Shown: piece after piece, positions 10,757 through 24,384 of the stretch
How the letters are laid out: every line of letters starts with the position of its first letter
Position numbering within the stretch: the stretch's first letter is position 1
Assembly: GCA_030390025.1 (NCBI GenBank)
Contig: CM059433.1
Coordinates: forward strand, 18,044,001 to 18,108,000
Direction of reading: 5' to 3'
Source: Squalus acanthias
Lineage: Eukaryota
Length of the DNA: 64,000 nt
Notes under the pieces: model-generated
Database searches by the model: none
Seen by the model: the letters and a program-made list of their open reading frames with translations, nothing else
Told to the model about the DNA's origin: nothing
Position numbers and translations under genes: made by a program

Positions 10757-12934
10757 GTGAGTGATATTAAATCCGAAACTAGGGTCCTAAATCTAAACAA
10801 AGGAAACTGCGAAGGTATGAGGAGTGAGTTGGCTATGATAGATTGGGGAGCTTCATTAAAAGGCATGACGGTGGATAGGCAATGGCTAACATTTAAGGAA
10901 CGAATGCATGAATTGCAACAGTTATACATTTCTTTCTGGCGCAAAAACACAAAAGGAAAAGCGGCCCAACCATGGCTAACAAAAGAAATTAAGGATAGTA
11001 TTAGATCCAAAGAGGAGTCATATAAAGTTGCCAGAAAAAGTAGCAAGCCTGAGGATTGGGAGCAGTTTAGAGTTCAGCAAAAAAGGACCAAGAGATTGAA
11101 TAAGAAGGGAAAAATAGAGTATGAGAGTAAACTTGCAAGGAACATAAAAGCGGACTGTAAAAGCTTCTACAAGAATGTAAAAAGAAAAAGATTAGTGAAG
11201 ACAAATGTAGGTCCCTTACAGTCAGAAACGGGGAACAAGGAAATGGCAGTGCAATTAAACAAATACTTTGGTTCTGTCTTCACGTAAGAGGACACAAATA
11301 ACTTCCCAGAAATGCTAGGGAACCAAGGGTCTAGTGAGAAGGAGGAATTAAAGGAAATTAGTAGTAGTAAAAAAAATAGTGCTGGAGAAATTAATGGGAC
11401 TGAAAGCCGATAAATCCCCAGGGCCTGATAATTTGCATCCCAGAGTACTAAAAGAGGTAGCCATGGAAATAGTGGATGCATTGGTTGTCATCTTCCAAAA
11501 TTCTATAGATTATGGAACAGTTCCTGCAGATTGGAGGGTGGCAAATGTAACCCCACTATTTAAAAAAGGAGGGAGAGAGAAAACAGGGAACTACAGACTG
11601 GTTAGCCTAACATCAGTAGCAGGGAAAATGCTAGAGTCTATTATAAAGGATGTGATAACAGGACACTTAGAAAATATCAACAGAATTAGACAAAGTCAGC
11701 ATGGATTTATGAACGGGAAATCATGTTAGACAAACCTACTGGAGTTTTTTGAGGATGTAACTGGTAGAATAGATAAGGGAGAACTAGTGGATGTGGTGGA
11801 TTTGGATTTTCAGAAGGCCTTTGATAAAGTCCCACATAAGAGGTTAGTGTGCAAAATTAAAGCACATGGGATTGGGGGTAATATACTGGCATGGATTGAA
11901 AATTGGTTAACAGACAGGAAACAGAGAGTAGGAATAAATGTGTCTTTTTCGGGGTGGCAGGCGGTGACTAGTGGGGTACCGCAGGGATCAGTGCTTGGGC
12001 CCCAGCTATTCACAATATATATCAATGATTTGGATGAGGGAAGCAAATGTAATATTTCCAAGTTTGCTGACGACACAAAACTAGGTGGGATTGTGAGATG
12101 TGAGGAGGATGCAAGAGGCTTCAAGGCGATTTAGACAAGTTGAGTGAGTGGGCAAATACATGGCAGATGCAGTATAACGTGGATAAATGTGAAGTTATCC
12201 ACTTCAGTAGGAAAAACAGAAAGGCAGAGTATTATTTAAATGGTGATAGATTGGGAAATGTTGATGTACAGAGGGACCTGGGTGTCCTGGTATGTTGGCC
12301 TTCATTGCAAGAAGATTTGAGTACAGGAGCAAGGCTGTCTTACTACAGTTATACAGGGCCTTGGTGAGACCACACCTGGAGTACTGTGTGCAGTTTTGGT
12401 CTCCTTACCTAAGAAAGGATATACTTGCCATAAAGGGAGTGCAGCAAAGGTTCACCAGACTGATTCCTGGGATGGCAGGACTGTCATATGAGGAGAGATT
12501 GGGTTGACTAGGCCTGTATTCACTAGAGTTTAGAAGAATGAGAGGGGATCTCATTGAAACGTATAAAATTCTGACAGGGCTAGACAGACTGGATGCAGGG
12601 AAGATGTTTCCCCTGGCTGGGGGGGTCCAGAACGAGGGGTCACAGTCTCAGGATACGGGGTAGGACATTTAGGATTGAGATGAGGAGAAATTTCTTCACT
12701 CAGAGGGTGGTGAACCTGTGGAATTCTCTACCACAGAAGACTGTGGAGGCCAAGTCACTGAATATATTTAAGAAGGAGATAGATAGATTTCTAGACACAA
12801 AAGGCATCAAGGGGTATGGGGAGAGAGCGGGAATATGGTATTGAGATAGAGGATCAGCCATGATCATATTGAATGGCGGAGCAGGCTCGAAGGACCAAAT
12901 GGCCTACTCCTGCTCCTATGTTTCTATGTTTCTA
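10757..12934 (+). mobile_element. CR1 LINE, 5'-truncated ORF2 (RT), frameshifted
   Basis: KSPGPDNLHPRVLKE, DFQKAFDKVPH, GVPQGSVLGP, FADDTKL, RPHLEYCVQFWSP; 3' tail (TATGTTTC)n. Confidence 0.95.
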
Positions 12935-13125
12935 GAACATGCGCAGTCCCCATTTTAAAGTCATACATTTAGTTCTTATGTTTGTATTTCCATTACAAAC
13001 TACTTCCATATTTATGCAGTGACTAATTACTCCCCAATGAGTTTTGCGCAGGTAGATTCCATTATAAATGTGGACATCAGAATTTATAATAGAAAAAGTT
13101 AACAGGAAGTGCACAGCGACATAAG

Positions 13126-13639
13126 GGTCTAGATATCCATTGGCGCCCAAGCGTCCAATATGGCCGGTGATAGATGCACACACATTCCACGCCGGAAGTG
13201 CGTCGCCCGACATATTGGTATAGGCTCCTGCATAGGCGTCCAGGGCCTGCGCCTGAAACAGGCATCAGGCTCTTTGCATATACAAATGGGGGGGCTTAAC
13301 CCTCGTTTCAGGCCCATTTTGCAGAATTTGTTAGCAACTGACGACAGCATGCCCCGTGCATACTGCGGTCTGTATTCTCAGGTGCTTGGCAGCCAAACCA
13401 GCGGGTCCCCGCCCACCCCACCCCTCCCCCTCCCAGACTCTGCTTACCACCTCGGCCGGCATCTAAGCTGGCTGATCTTCATGCTTCCCCAGACCGGTCA
13501 GCTGCCTCTGGGGTTGCGACTGGAGCCTGCAGCTCGTGGATCAATTTCCCGTGATCCTTCCACCAACCTCATTAGTCATGTGCAGTGTGTGCAGCACTAA
13601 GATCGCACCCAGATTTGGGCTCGGTCCAATCTCTGGGCC
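13126..13639. mobile_element. Degenerate Harbinger-like MITE
   Basis: Ends ...CCAATCTCTGGGCC; internal similarity to 41111-41560 (gacatattgg / gccatattga; tacaaatgggggg / tgtaaatgagggg). Confidence 0.5.
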
Positions 13640-14664
13640 AAAATTTTTAATATGTTATATATAGATATACCTTGTAAAGATTGTGTGTGTCTCTTATCAA
13701 ATGTTACATTTAGCTATCATTTGCAATTTGGCCTAAGAAAAGGACATTCATAAATGAAAACTAGGACCTCTAACCACCTGTACTATAAGATATGTACCAA
13801 AAATTTCTTGTTGGCTATCAATGCCCATGGGTTCATAAGATGTCAAGGTAAATACGGTTGAGGAAGGCCAATTGGCCCATTTTAGATTGTCCATCTAGAA
13901 GAACCCTCATCAGATGACTCCTAGCTTTTTGCTTCCACTGCCCCAGATGGCTTTTGTGGTCTGTGTTTGTATTGCAGATATTCTACCATCTCATTTAGTT
14001 ACTTCTCAAACTGCACACTTTTAATTCATTGCATACATTGGAAACCATTTATCTCAGAATCATAGAATGGTTACAGCACAGAAGGAGGCCATTCGGCCCA
14101 CCGCGCCCATGCCGGCTCTCTGCAAGAGCAATTCAGCAAGTCCCACTCCCCTGCCCTTTCCCCGTAGCCCTGCCAATTTTTTCCTTCAGGTACTTATCCA
14201 ATTCCCTTTTGAAAGCCACAAATGAATCTGCCTCCACCACCCTTTCAGGCAGTGCATTCCAGATCCTAACCACTCGCTGCGTAAAAAAAGTTTTTCCCCA
14301 TGTCGCTTTTGGGTCTTTTGCCAATCACCTTAAACCTGTGTCCTCTAGTTCTCGACCCTTCCACTAATGGGAACAGTTTCTCTCTATCTACTCTGTCTCG
14401 ACCCCTCATGATTTTGAACACCTCTATCAAATCTCCTCTCAACCTTCTCTGCTCTAAGGAGAACAACCCCAGCTTCTCTAGTCTATCCACGTAACTGAAG
14501 TCCCTCATCCCTGGAATCATTTTCGTAAATCTTTTCTGCACCCTCTCTAAGGCCTTCACATCCTTCCTAAAGTGTGGTGCCCAGAATTGGACACAATACT
14601 CCAGTTGAGGCCTAACCAGTGATTTATGAAGGTTCATCATAACTTCCTTGCTTTTGTACTCTAT

Positions 14665-15456
14665 GGGCTGGATTTTGTGAATGGAGGCGAGTTGGAGGCG
14701 GGACTGCTGCTTGTCGTATCAATGTCCCGCCTCCATCCTCGCCTGACCAATCAGAGGGATTTTCCCCTGATTGGGCTTGTTAAGCCCGCCCTGCAGGCTC
14801 AGCAGGCCACTTAGGGAGGAAGTCACTGACGGATCACATCAACGTCAGACGTGCTATCTGTCTAGACTTCTTGAAAGAAGAAATGACAGCGTTTGACAGC
14901 TCTGTGAAGCTGTCAAACACTGCCATTCTCTTTAGTTTGAAGAGACTTTGTGGTGAGGACTCATCAAACCTTTCAAAATTGTAAATTTCACATGTCTGTA
15001 AGATCGGAGGATTCAACAGCCATTATGTGAAATTGACAAGGAGAATATCGGCTCTCCCCATCCAGCGCGGCTAAAGGCTGTAGAAAGAAAACAAGGTAAG
15101 TGCACACTTTATTAAACTTATCACTCACCTTACACACTTACCACTCCACACTTGCACCCATCACTCACCTCTACACCTTACTTCCAGGTGCCTCCGACCG
15201 CCGCAGACCTCCTCCAACCCGGCGGGGTCCTCCAAGGCCGGGAAGCCTTCACCTGTGAAGGTAAAATGGCACGAATTCTTTTTTCTGCCTGTTAACTACC
15301 TGTTAACAAGCAGTTAAAAGGATCAAATGCCTTTCTCGCCTCCAGGAGACGGGACCCGAAGCTGCACATCTTCCCGCCATTCACCCCCACTTGCTCCGAT
15401 TTTACCGGCAGTCCCGTCTCCATGCCCACCTCCTCGGGGCTTGGAAAATCCAGCGC
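14665..15456. mobile_element. Harbinger-like MITE (GGGCTGGATTTT family) inserted in CR1 ORF2
   Basis: GGGCTGGATTTT...AAAATCCAGCGC; TAT duplication; removing it restores CR1 NRGIEYKS on the minus strand. Confidence 0.88.
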
Positions 15457-17539
15457 TATGCCTCTATTTATGAAGCCCAGGATCGCGTATGCTTTTTTAA
15501 CCGCTTTCTCAACCTGCCCTGCCACCTTCAACGATTTGTGCACATATACCCCCAGGTCTCTATATTCATGCACTCCCTTTAGGATTATATTGCCTCTCCT
15601 CGTTCTTCCTACCAAAATGTATCACTTCGCACTTTTCTACGTTAAATTTCATCTGCCACATGTCCGCCCATTGCACCAGCCTGTCTATGTCTTCTTGAAG
15701 TCTATCACTATCCTCCTCACTGATCACTATACTTCCAAGTTTTGTGTCATCTGCAAATTTTGAAATTGTGCCCTGTACATCCAAGTCCAAGTCATTAATA
15801 TATATCAAGAAAAGCAGTGGTCCTAGTACCGACCCCTGGAGAACACCACTGTGTACCTTCCTCCAGTCCAAAAAATAACCGTTCATCACTACTCTGTTTC
15901 TTGTCACTTAGCCAATTTCGTATCCATGCTACCACTGTCCCTTTTATTCCATGGGCTTCAACTTTGCTGGCAAGCCTATATGTGGCACTTTAACAAACGC
16001 CTTTTGGAAGTCCATGTACACCACATCAACCGCATTGCCCTCATTAACCTTCTCTGTTACCTCATCAAAAAACTCGATCAAGTTAGTTGAACACGATTTG
16101 CCTTTAACAAATCTGTGCTGGCTTTCCTTAATTAATCCACACTTGTCCAAGTGACTGTTAACTTTGTCCCTGATTATCATTTCTCAAAGCTACCCTACTA
16201 CTGAGGTTAAACTGACTAGCCTGTAGTTGCTGGGTTTATCCTTACACCATTGTTTGAGCAAGGGTGTAACATTTGCAATTCTCTAGTCCTCTGGCACCAG
16301 CCCCGTATCCAAGGATGATTGGAAGATTATGGCCAGTACCTCCGCGAGTTCCTCCTTAACTTCCCTCAGCATCATAGGATGTATCTCATCCGGTCCTGGT
16401 GACTTATCAACTGTAAGTACAGCCAGCCTTTCTAGTACCTCCTCTTGATCAATTTTTATCTCATCCAATATTGCCACGACCTCCTCTTTCACTATGACAG
16501 TGGCAGCATCTTCTTCCTTGGTGAAGACAGATGCAAAGTACTCATTTAGTATCTCAGCCGTGCCCTCTGCCTCCATGTGTAGGTCTCCTTTTTGGTCCCT
16601 AATCGGCCCCACCCCTCATCTTACTATCCGTTTATTATTTATATGCCTACAGAAGACTTTTGAATTCCCTTTCATGTTAGCTGCCAATCTATTCTCATAC
16701 TCTCTCTTTGCCTTTCTTATTTTCTTTTTCACTTCCCCTCTGAACTTTCTATATTCAGCCTGATTCTCACTTGTATTCTCAACCTAACATCTGCTTCATT
16801 TACTCTTTATCTCTTTTGTCATCCAGGGAGCTCTGGCTTTAGTTGCCCTACCTTTCCCCCTCGTGGGAATGTACCTCGACTGTACCCGAACCATCTCCTC
16901 TTTAAAGGCAGCCCATTGTTCGATTACAGTTTTGCCTGCCAATCTTTGATTCCAATTTACCCGAGCCAGATCCGTTCTTAACCCACTGAAATTTGTCTTC
17001 CTCCAATTAAGTAATTTTACTCTAGATTGCTCCCTGTCCTATTCCATAGCTAATCTAAACCTTATGATACGATGAGCACTGTTCCCTAAATGTTCCCCTA
17101 TTGACACTTGCTCTGCTTGACCCACCTCATTCCCCAGAACCAGATCCAGCAATGCCTCCTTCCTTGTTGAGCCAGAAACGTACTGATCAAGAAAGTTCTC
17201 CTGAACACACTTCAGAAATTCTTCCCCTTCTCTGCCCTTAACACTATTACGATCCCAGACTGTATTAGGATAATTGAAGACCCCCATTATCACTACTCAA
17301 TAGTTCTTGCACGTCTCTGTAATTTCCCTGCAAATTTGTTCCTCTATATCTTTCCCACTATTTGGTGGCCTATAGAATACACCTAGTTGTGTAATGGCAC
17401 CTCTATTATTTCTTAACTCTAACCAAATAGATTCTGTCCTTGAACCCTCCAGGACATCCTCTCTCTCCAGCACTGTAACATTCTCCTTAACCAATACTGC
17501 CACACCACCTCCTTTCTTTCCTTCCCTATCTTTCCTGAA

Positions 17540-17672
17540 CACGGTGGCATAGTGGTTAGCACTGGTGCCTCACAGCGCCAGGGACCCGGGTTCGAATCTG
17601 ACCTCGGGTGACTGTCTGTGTGGAGTTTGCACATTCTCCCCGTGTCTGCGTGGGTTTCCTCCGGGTGCTCCG
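17540..17672 (+). mobile_element. tRNA-derived V-SINE (HE1-like) 5' fragment inside the CR1 endonuclease region
   Basis: A box GTGGCATAGTGG, B box GGTTCGAATC, then tgtgtggagtttgcacattctccccgtgtctgcgtgggtttcctccgggtgctccg (V-domain as I recall it). Confidence 0.8.
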
Positions 17673-20007
17673 TATATCCAGGAATATTTAAAACCCAATC
17701 CTGCCCTTTTTTGAGCCAGGTCTCCGTTATCGCCTCGACATCATATTCCCATGTGGCTATTTGCGCCTGCAGCTCACCAACCTTATTTACCATGCTTTGT
17801 GCATTTACACACATGCACTGTAAACCTATCTTAGACCTTCTTGTATTCTTTCTTAGTCTGACCCCACCTTACTATTTCTTACTCTAGTGCTATCTGTCTC
17901 TCCCAATCCTTTGTGCACTTTGTTTCTCCTGCCAAATTAGTTTAAACCCTCCCCAACAGCACTAGCAACACCCCCCCCCCCGCCCCAACGAGGACATTAG
18001 TTCCGGCTCTGTTGAGGTGCAACCCATCCGGCCTGTACAGGTCCCACCTCCCCCAGAACCGGTCCCAATGTCCCTGGAATCTAAAGCCCACCCTCCTGCA
18101 CCATCTCTCCAGCCACGCATTCACCTGCTCTGTCCTCCTATTTCTATACTCACTAGCTCGTGGCACCGGGAGTAATCCAGAGATTACTACCTTTGAGGTC
18201 CTGCTTTTTAATCTCTTTCCTAGCTCCCTAAAATCTGCCTGCAGGACCTCATCCCTCTTTCTACCTATGTCGTTGGTACCGATATGGACTATGACCTCTG
18301 GCTGTTCACCCTCCCCCCTTAGAATGTTCTGCAGCTGCTCAGTGACATCCTTGACCCTGGCACCAGGGAGGCAACATACCATCCTGGAATCACGTCTGCA
18401 GCCGCAGAAGCGCCTGTTTGTTCCCCTAAATATCGAATCCCCTACCACTATTGCTTTCCAGATCTTCCTCCTCCCCCACCCTGTACAGCTGAGCCACCCG
18501 CGGTGCCGTGGACTTGGCTCTGGCTGTACTCCCCAGAGGAACCATCACCCTCACCAGTACTGGTTGGAGAGCGAGATGCACTCAGGGGACTCCTGCACTA
18601 CCTGCCTGGTCCTCCTTGGCTGTCTGACGGTCATCCATTCTCTCTCTGCCTGCACACCCTTACGCTGTGGGGTGACCACCTCCTGAAACGTGCTATCCAC
18701 GTAGCTCTCAGCCTCACTGATGCACCGCAGTGACGCCAGCTGCTGCTCAAGCTCCGAAATCTGGTGCTTGAGCTCCTCCAGCTGATGACACTTCCTGCAC
18801 ACATGGTTGTCCAGGACACGGGAATAGTCCTGGAGTTCCCACATGGCACAAGATGTGCATTCCATGGGACTGAGGTCCTATGCCATGCCTCTACTTAATA
18901 GATTACTAACTAACTTAACAGAAATAAACTCAAGACTTAAAAAAAGAACAATCACCAGCTACTCACCAATTTGGTTTTTTTTCTCTTCAGCTCCTTCAAC
19001 TTGTGCTGACGTCACTTACCTCGCTCGCTGACGCTTGCACTCCCTCCGGGCTTTTGGGCCTACCTTTACCTCCGGCCACTCCTCTCGCTCGCTCCTCCTT
19101 CCCCCTCTGCAGAAAATTCCCACTCTCTCCAAATCCCCAATTTAGCCCTCTGTCTAGAAGCACTCCGTGCTTATGGAAAATATAGAAGAGTCTTAATGGA
19201 CAGTACCAATTCACTGTAACTGTGGAATGTGCCTGAACTCACATGTCAAAGCCCGTGAAGCATAATTAATTATTCAGAAAGGAACATGATAAAGCATCAT
19301 TTGTATTTGAAACAACAGGGATAATAGAGATGGACATATATTTTGAAATGCCAATGATTCTTTTTTTACACCAATAAGGAAACTGTCACTTCTTGAAATA
19401 GATGTGTGCATTTACATGATTTTGTGAATTTGTAATGACTACTGTAACTTACAGTGATTAATTCATGAAATTGCAGTATACGAGTCCATTTTTTAAATTT
19501 GCAAAGCTTTCAATACTTGATGGCAAAAGACAAATAATTTGTCACCTTTATAGCCAAGAGCAATATTACACAGGCATGAATTAGAGTCTGTTTTACCTTC
19601 CGGAGGGCGCACGCATGTGTCTATGTGGAAGGGGTGGGTGGTGAATCACTGACAGATTTTTCTGAAATTGCCAGAGCCAAGCCAGTTGATTGCAGACCTT
19701 CTACTTTAAGTCAAATGCCTTTAAATTGAGGCAGGTCTGACATTTGCTCTTCTGCCAAATTGAAGCATTCTTTAACCCAGCAGGTGTTGTGGAGCATCTC
19801 CAGGGTTAGATGACGCCTAAAGTTTTTTGCATTTGTCTTACATAGTTTAGGAGAACAAAATCTCAAAGTAAGTCATGTAGAGGCCACACTTCACTCCCCC
19901 ATGGAACTTCCTGAATTGCTCTGCCTTTACTCTTAGCTCATTTATAAAGCACAAGAAACATGATCACAGAGAAGGTCAAGCATTTGGTTCTCGTATCGAT
20001 ATATATG

Positions 20008-20763
20008 GGGCCAGAAATTCGGCTCTCCGGCTTCCCGCGGGTGCAAGGATCGCGCGCGTACTTACCTACCGCGCCTGCCGTTGTGCTTCGGGCCCGCGTG
20101 GACTTCGGCTCCTGGGCCTCCTGCAGCTGCCGACGCGCAGTGCTTGCGTATCCCAGGGGCGCAGTTAGTTCGAAGCGTCCCCTGGGATCACGTGGGCCAT
20201 GGAGAGCCAATCGGAACAGGGAATCTCCATTCATAGATTTTGACAGGAAGACCTGTCAAATCTATGAATAGAGATGACCCCCCAAAACCTAACTAAAACT
20301 TCAAATAAATTTAAAAAAAAACATCACATTTTTAAAATAACTATAAATTACATAAATTAACTACTTTAAACAAAAGTTTAAATTTTTGAAAAAATTAATT
20401 ATACTTTTTAACAGTGCTAAAAATAAACTTACCTTTCTTTAAAGTATGTAAAAAAGATAAACCTGTTGAAAAATTGTTTAAATTGTATTTAATTCACCAC
20501 TTAGCTTGTTAAAAGCAGGCCTTGCGCCTCCTTTTTTCCTGCGCAGCTTCTCCATACTTACCCTCACGGAGAAAGCTGAAAAAAAAAACGAAGTTCGCTG
20601 CGTGCGCGCTGCCTCTCCAGCGCACGCGGTTAACCCTCGAACCCCTTCTTTCACAAGACCAGAAGTTCTGGTTTCCCATGCATGCGCGAAACCGGCACTT
20701 CCGGTAGCCCTACAGGTGAGTACACAGCGCGTACTCACCCGTGGAGACCCGAATTTCTGCCCC
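20008..20763. mobile_element. Harbinger-like MITE (AT-core family)
   Basis: GGGCCAGAAATTCGG...CCGAATTTCTGCCCC; ATG duplication; shares ctgggatcacgtgggccatgg and the AT core with 6354-7124. Confidence 0.88.
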
Positions 20764-21225
20764 ATGATGTTTACTGGGGACAAGAACTTCATTAATTCCT
20801 CATAATTTCAAGCCCTTAATGATTGAAAAGACCTCACATTGGAGAATCTTTGTGATTTTCGGGTGGAAACAATGTTCCAGAAAATTGTCTTCATCAACGC
20901 ATCTCAGTGTGTTCTACTGCAGACAAGATTCCTGTTTATTATTGAACGATATGCTTTAATCTGTAGATGTACCACAGCTTCAGACAGCTAATTATCTTGA
21001 AAACTTCAACCCTAATGGTGAATTTAGATGATTTTCCCCAGAAGATCTGGATATCATTTATTCTGAAATGTTACTTTTGAGTTAACTTGAGTTCACGAAG
21101 GTTTAAAAATCCCCTCTGCAGCATGAAGCTGGTGGAGGGGCTGATATATATTAAAGACAGACTGTGAGTTTGTACTTTCTTCTGATCTAAAAATGAGGGT
21201 CGCTAAGACTTTCCTGTGAACCTTT

Positions 21226-22050
21226 GGGCTGGGTTTTGCCAGCCCTGGAGAGGCGGGTTTGGAAGCGGGACTGCTGGAAAAATGGCAAAATTTGGGGGCG
21301 GGTGCCCAACCCGCTTCCGTGCCATCTTGCCAGGAGGTGGGAAGCCGTCCCGCACCGGGTCCCGTCTCCTTGGAGGCAGGAAGGGATTACAGCCACTTAA
21401 CTGCCTGTTAACAGGTAGTTAACAGGCAGATAAGAGGATTATCCCCATTTTGCCCTCACAAGTGCAGGCTTCCCGAAGGCTCCGAAGCCCACCAGGGTCA
21501 CCGAGGCGAGTAGTGGGTCTGCGGGGTCCAAAAGTGTGCTGTGGAGGTAAGTGATGGGTGCAAGTGTGGAGAGGTGAGTATCTGAGGTAAGTGGAAAGTG
21601 TTAGAAAAAGTTTACTTACCTTTGTTTCTTCCTGCAGGCTTCAATCAGTGGGTATGCAGAGAGTCTCGTACCTCCACGGCAGAGATGACAGATGGCCGTT
21701 GCATTCTCCAATGCAACAACCATCTAATTTCTGCAAAAGAAAGAGGTTTGATGAGGTCTTGAATTCAAGAACTCATCAAACTACAGAGAATGTCAATGTT
21801 TGACAGCTTCACAGAGCTGTCAAACGATGACAATTCATCTGTCAAAAATTTTTGACAGATGAAACGTCATATGTTGACGTTCTCTGTAACCAGCTTTCCC
21901 TTAATTGGCCTGCTAAGCCCGCTGGGCGGGCTTAACAAGGTCAATCAAGGGAAAATAGTGTGGGTTGGCCAGAAGTTGATGGAGGCGGGACTGAAACCCG
22001 ACAAGTGGGAGTCCCGCCTCCAAAAGCTCCCCATTGACAAAATCCAGCCC
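21226..22050. mobile_element. Harbinger-like MITE (GGGCTGGATTTT family), opposite orientation to 14665-15456
   Basis: GGGCTGGGTTTTG...CAAAATCCAGCCC; TTT duplication. Confidence 0.88.
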
Positions 22051-22789
22051 TTTGTATTTGGATGGCTTTAATTGTTTTGGAAACCACATACCCATTATGA
22101 ATCTTTGGTTGGGAACTTCTGGTGGCTGAAGAGAGCTCATTTTCCAAACTAGGACCCTGTGTGTAAGGAAGCTGATCAGGACTTTTTTCTTTCATTGTCT
22201 ATTTCTTCAGGGGCCCAGATCGCTTCCTGGACCTGGACCGTTCTGGTGGGGCCCACTTTCGCCCATCCAGAGCGCAATGCACCTCCTCTCACTCAGCAGA
22301 CCTGCCTCCAAAGAAGCAGCGGGTCACGGCTGAGCCAGGCAAGCGGGAACTCCCAGTGTAAGGTGTGCCCGCCCCCCAACAGCATTTTTCCTTGTAAGGG
22401 GTGAACACCCCATACAAGGTGTGTCGGAACAATTCCAGAAGTGGCAGAGACTTGGCGCAGCCGGCACCCTGCCATTTTCCACTGGGTTCCGCCAGTCTCA
22501 CTCTGGAGTTACAACAGAAAATAGGTAGAACCCGTGCGGATTTTCAGGGTCACTATGTCTTATATGTAACCGCACCAGCTCACTTTCTAGAACAACTTGC
22601 CTCTTTAAGTGACTTAGTAATGTGGTTTCTGGCACAGTGCCTTGCAATTGCCATTACTTTAATAGTGCCAGAGAGGGCTAGCCACTCACTGCAAAAATCC
22701 AACGCTCATTCTCCCTCTTTCCTTTATATTTTAAAACACCACACAAAGATCATATCAAGATTATATGAGAGTGTTAAAATCATTTCCAC

Positions 22790-23210
22790 CACTTGATTGA
22801 CACCCCATCCACCACCTTAAACATTCACTCCCTCCACCACCGGCGTACTGTGGCTGCAGTGTGTACCATCTACAAGATGCACTGCAGCAACTCGCCAAGG
22901 CTTCTTCGGCAGCACCTCCCAAACCCGCAACCTCTTCCACCTAGAAGGACAAGGGCAGCAGGCGCATGGGAACACCATCACCTCCAAGTTCCCCTCCAAG
23001 TCACACACCATCCTGACTTAGAAGTATATCGCCGATCCTTCATCGTCGCTGGGTCAAAATCCTGGAACTCCCTCCCTAACAGCACTGTGGGAGTACCTTC
23101 ACCACACGGACTGCAGTGGTTCAAGAAGGCGGCTCACCACCACCTTCTCGAGGGCAATTAGGGATGGGCAATAAATACTGGCCTTGCCAGCGATGCCCAC
23201 ATCCCATAAA
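22790..23210 (+). mobile_element. LINE family B 3' end
   Basis: Near-identical to 26280-26695. Confidence 0.85.
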
Positions 23211-23837
23211 AAGGAATTTTTAAAAAACACTGCCGCATGAACAGTTTAGCTTCATTTAAAAAATCATCAGCATTTATCTTCAGGAGGCCCAGATTAAAAG
23301 CAAAGATCATTGTTCAGATTAAAATGCAATTTAAAACATTGCAGTTTATTTTTCGACATTTCTCTTTAATGATTGTGCTCCCTCAGGAGACACTCTGCTG
23401 TGCAGAGATGAAAATTATATTGTAATGTTTCAGTGCTACATGGTGAAAGCGTCGATGTATTGATATTTCAAAGTCAAAACTGCCAAGCTCTCGTAGCTGA
23501 AAAGTACTTCAGTTACTGTGCAGTAGAAAGGGCAAAGTAATATTGAACAACAGATGCTTTTTAAAATGAGCAAAACTAAAATCTTTACTACGTCTCTTTA
23601 GGTTGCCCAGCATTTCTTTTCTCTCTTGTATCGAACATTAACATTCAGCCAAAAAGGTTTCCAGTATTTTGGCACATGTAGAACGAGACTTGACTCACGA
23701 ATATGCAATGAGATAAACAGTGAAAGCATTTAAATATCTGCATATTGGAAAACCTGTTCAGCAATTTGAGAGATAATTTTTTTTTTTATAAATGTATCTG
23801 GTATGAACTGTTAATGAGTTGCTTTGCTACCTGCTAG

Positions 23838-23990
23838 GATCCCAGTGCGATGCCAAGGCCTACCTCCCAGGATCTAGCGGGATTTTGGGATCTCCTGCAG
23901 CTTTCCATTGAAGATGTCAGCATGAAGTTTGATGAGCTGCATCAGCTGAAGGCAAATGATTGGAAACCTATTGAGCCACTTGAAAAACAG
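23838..23990 (+). CDS. DLGAP2: DLGAP2 penultimate coding exon
   Basis: Acceptor ctgctag| and donor |gtaaag; 153 bp, phase 0/0; DPSAMPRPTSQDLAGFWDLLQLSIEDVSMKFDELHQLKANDWKPIEPLEKQ; in frame with both flanking exons. Confidence 0.95.
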
Positions 23991-24384
23991 GTAAAGTAAA
24001 ATGGTGCGGTGAACTAAAATGTAGGCAGTAAAATTAATATGCGGTTAATATTGCTTTTTCACAGAAATGCACAGCTCCCTTCAGGTGAGATGTTCTTCCT
24101 GAAATATAGCCTCTAAAAGTTTGCAGTGTTCTTAGGAAATCCTTATTGATGCAATAAAATAGTGCAAAACTGTTGCAGGATTTGCAAGATGTGTGATAGT
24201 GGATTTTTCAAGCTTTGTTCCATAATGGTATAAATCTTTCAGAGCATCTTACAGGATTTGTGGTGGGAAAAGGGGCTAATACAATAAATTGTGTCCACAA
24301 TAATACAACCAGTGCAAAAACAGTTGATCGCCATCAAACACAGGACCTCAGAAACAGACTTTAAGTAACGCGCAACTCAAAGGA

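Larger units (their letters stand above)
14056..19110 (-). mobile_element. Near full-length CR1 LINE (ORF1 zinc finger plus SGNH esterase; ORF2 APE endonuclease plus RT), degraded
   Basis: ORF1 pieces CTSCAMWE...CRKC (18551-18865) and VGDS...HIGTND...DGLHLN (17942-18448); endonuclease ITETWL, YRPPNS; RT motifs; tail attctatgattct; 5' boundary approximate. Confidence 0.93.

Noticed and set aside
17543..17610. tRNA gene
   Set aside because: The A and B boxes run straight into a SINE core and no complete cloverleaf is evident; it is a SINE head.
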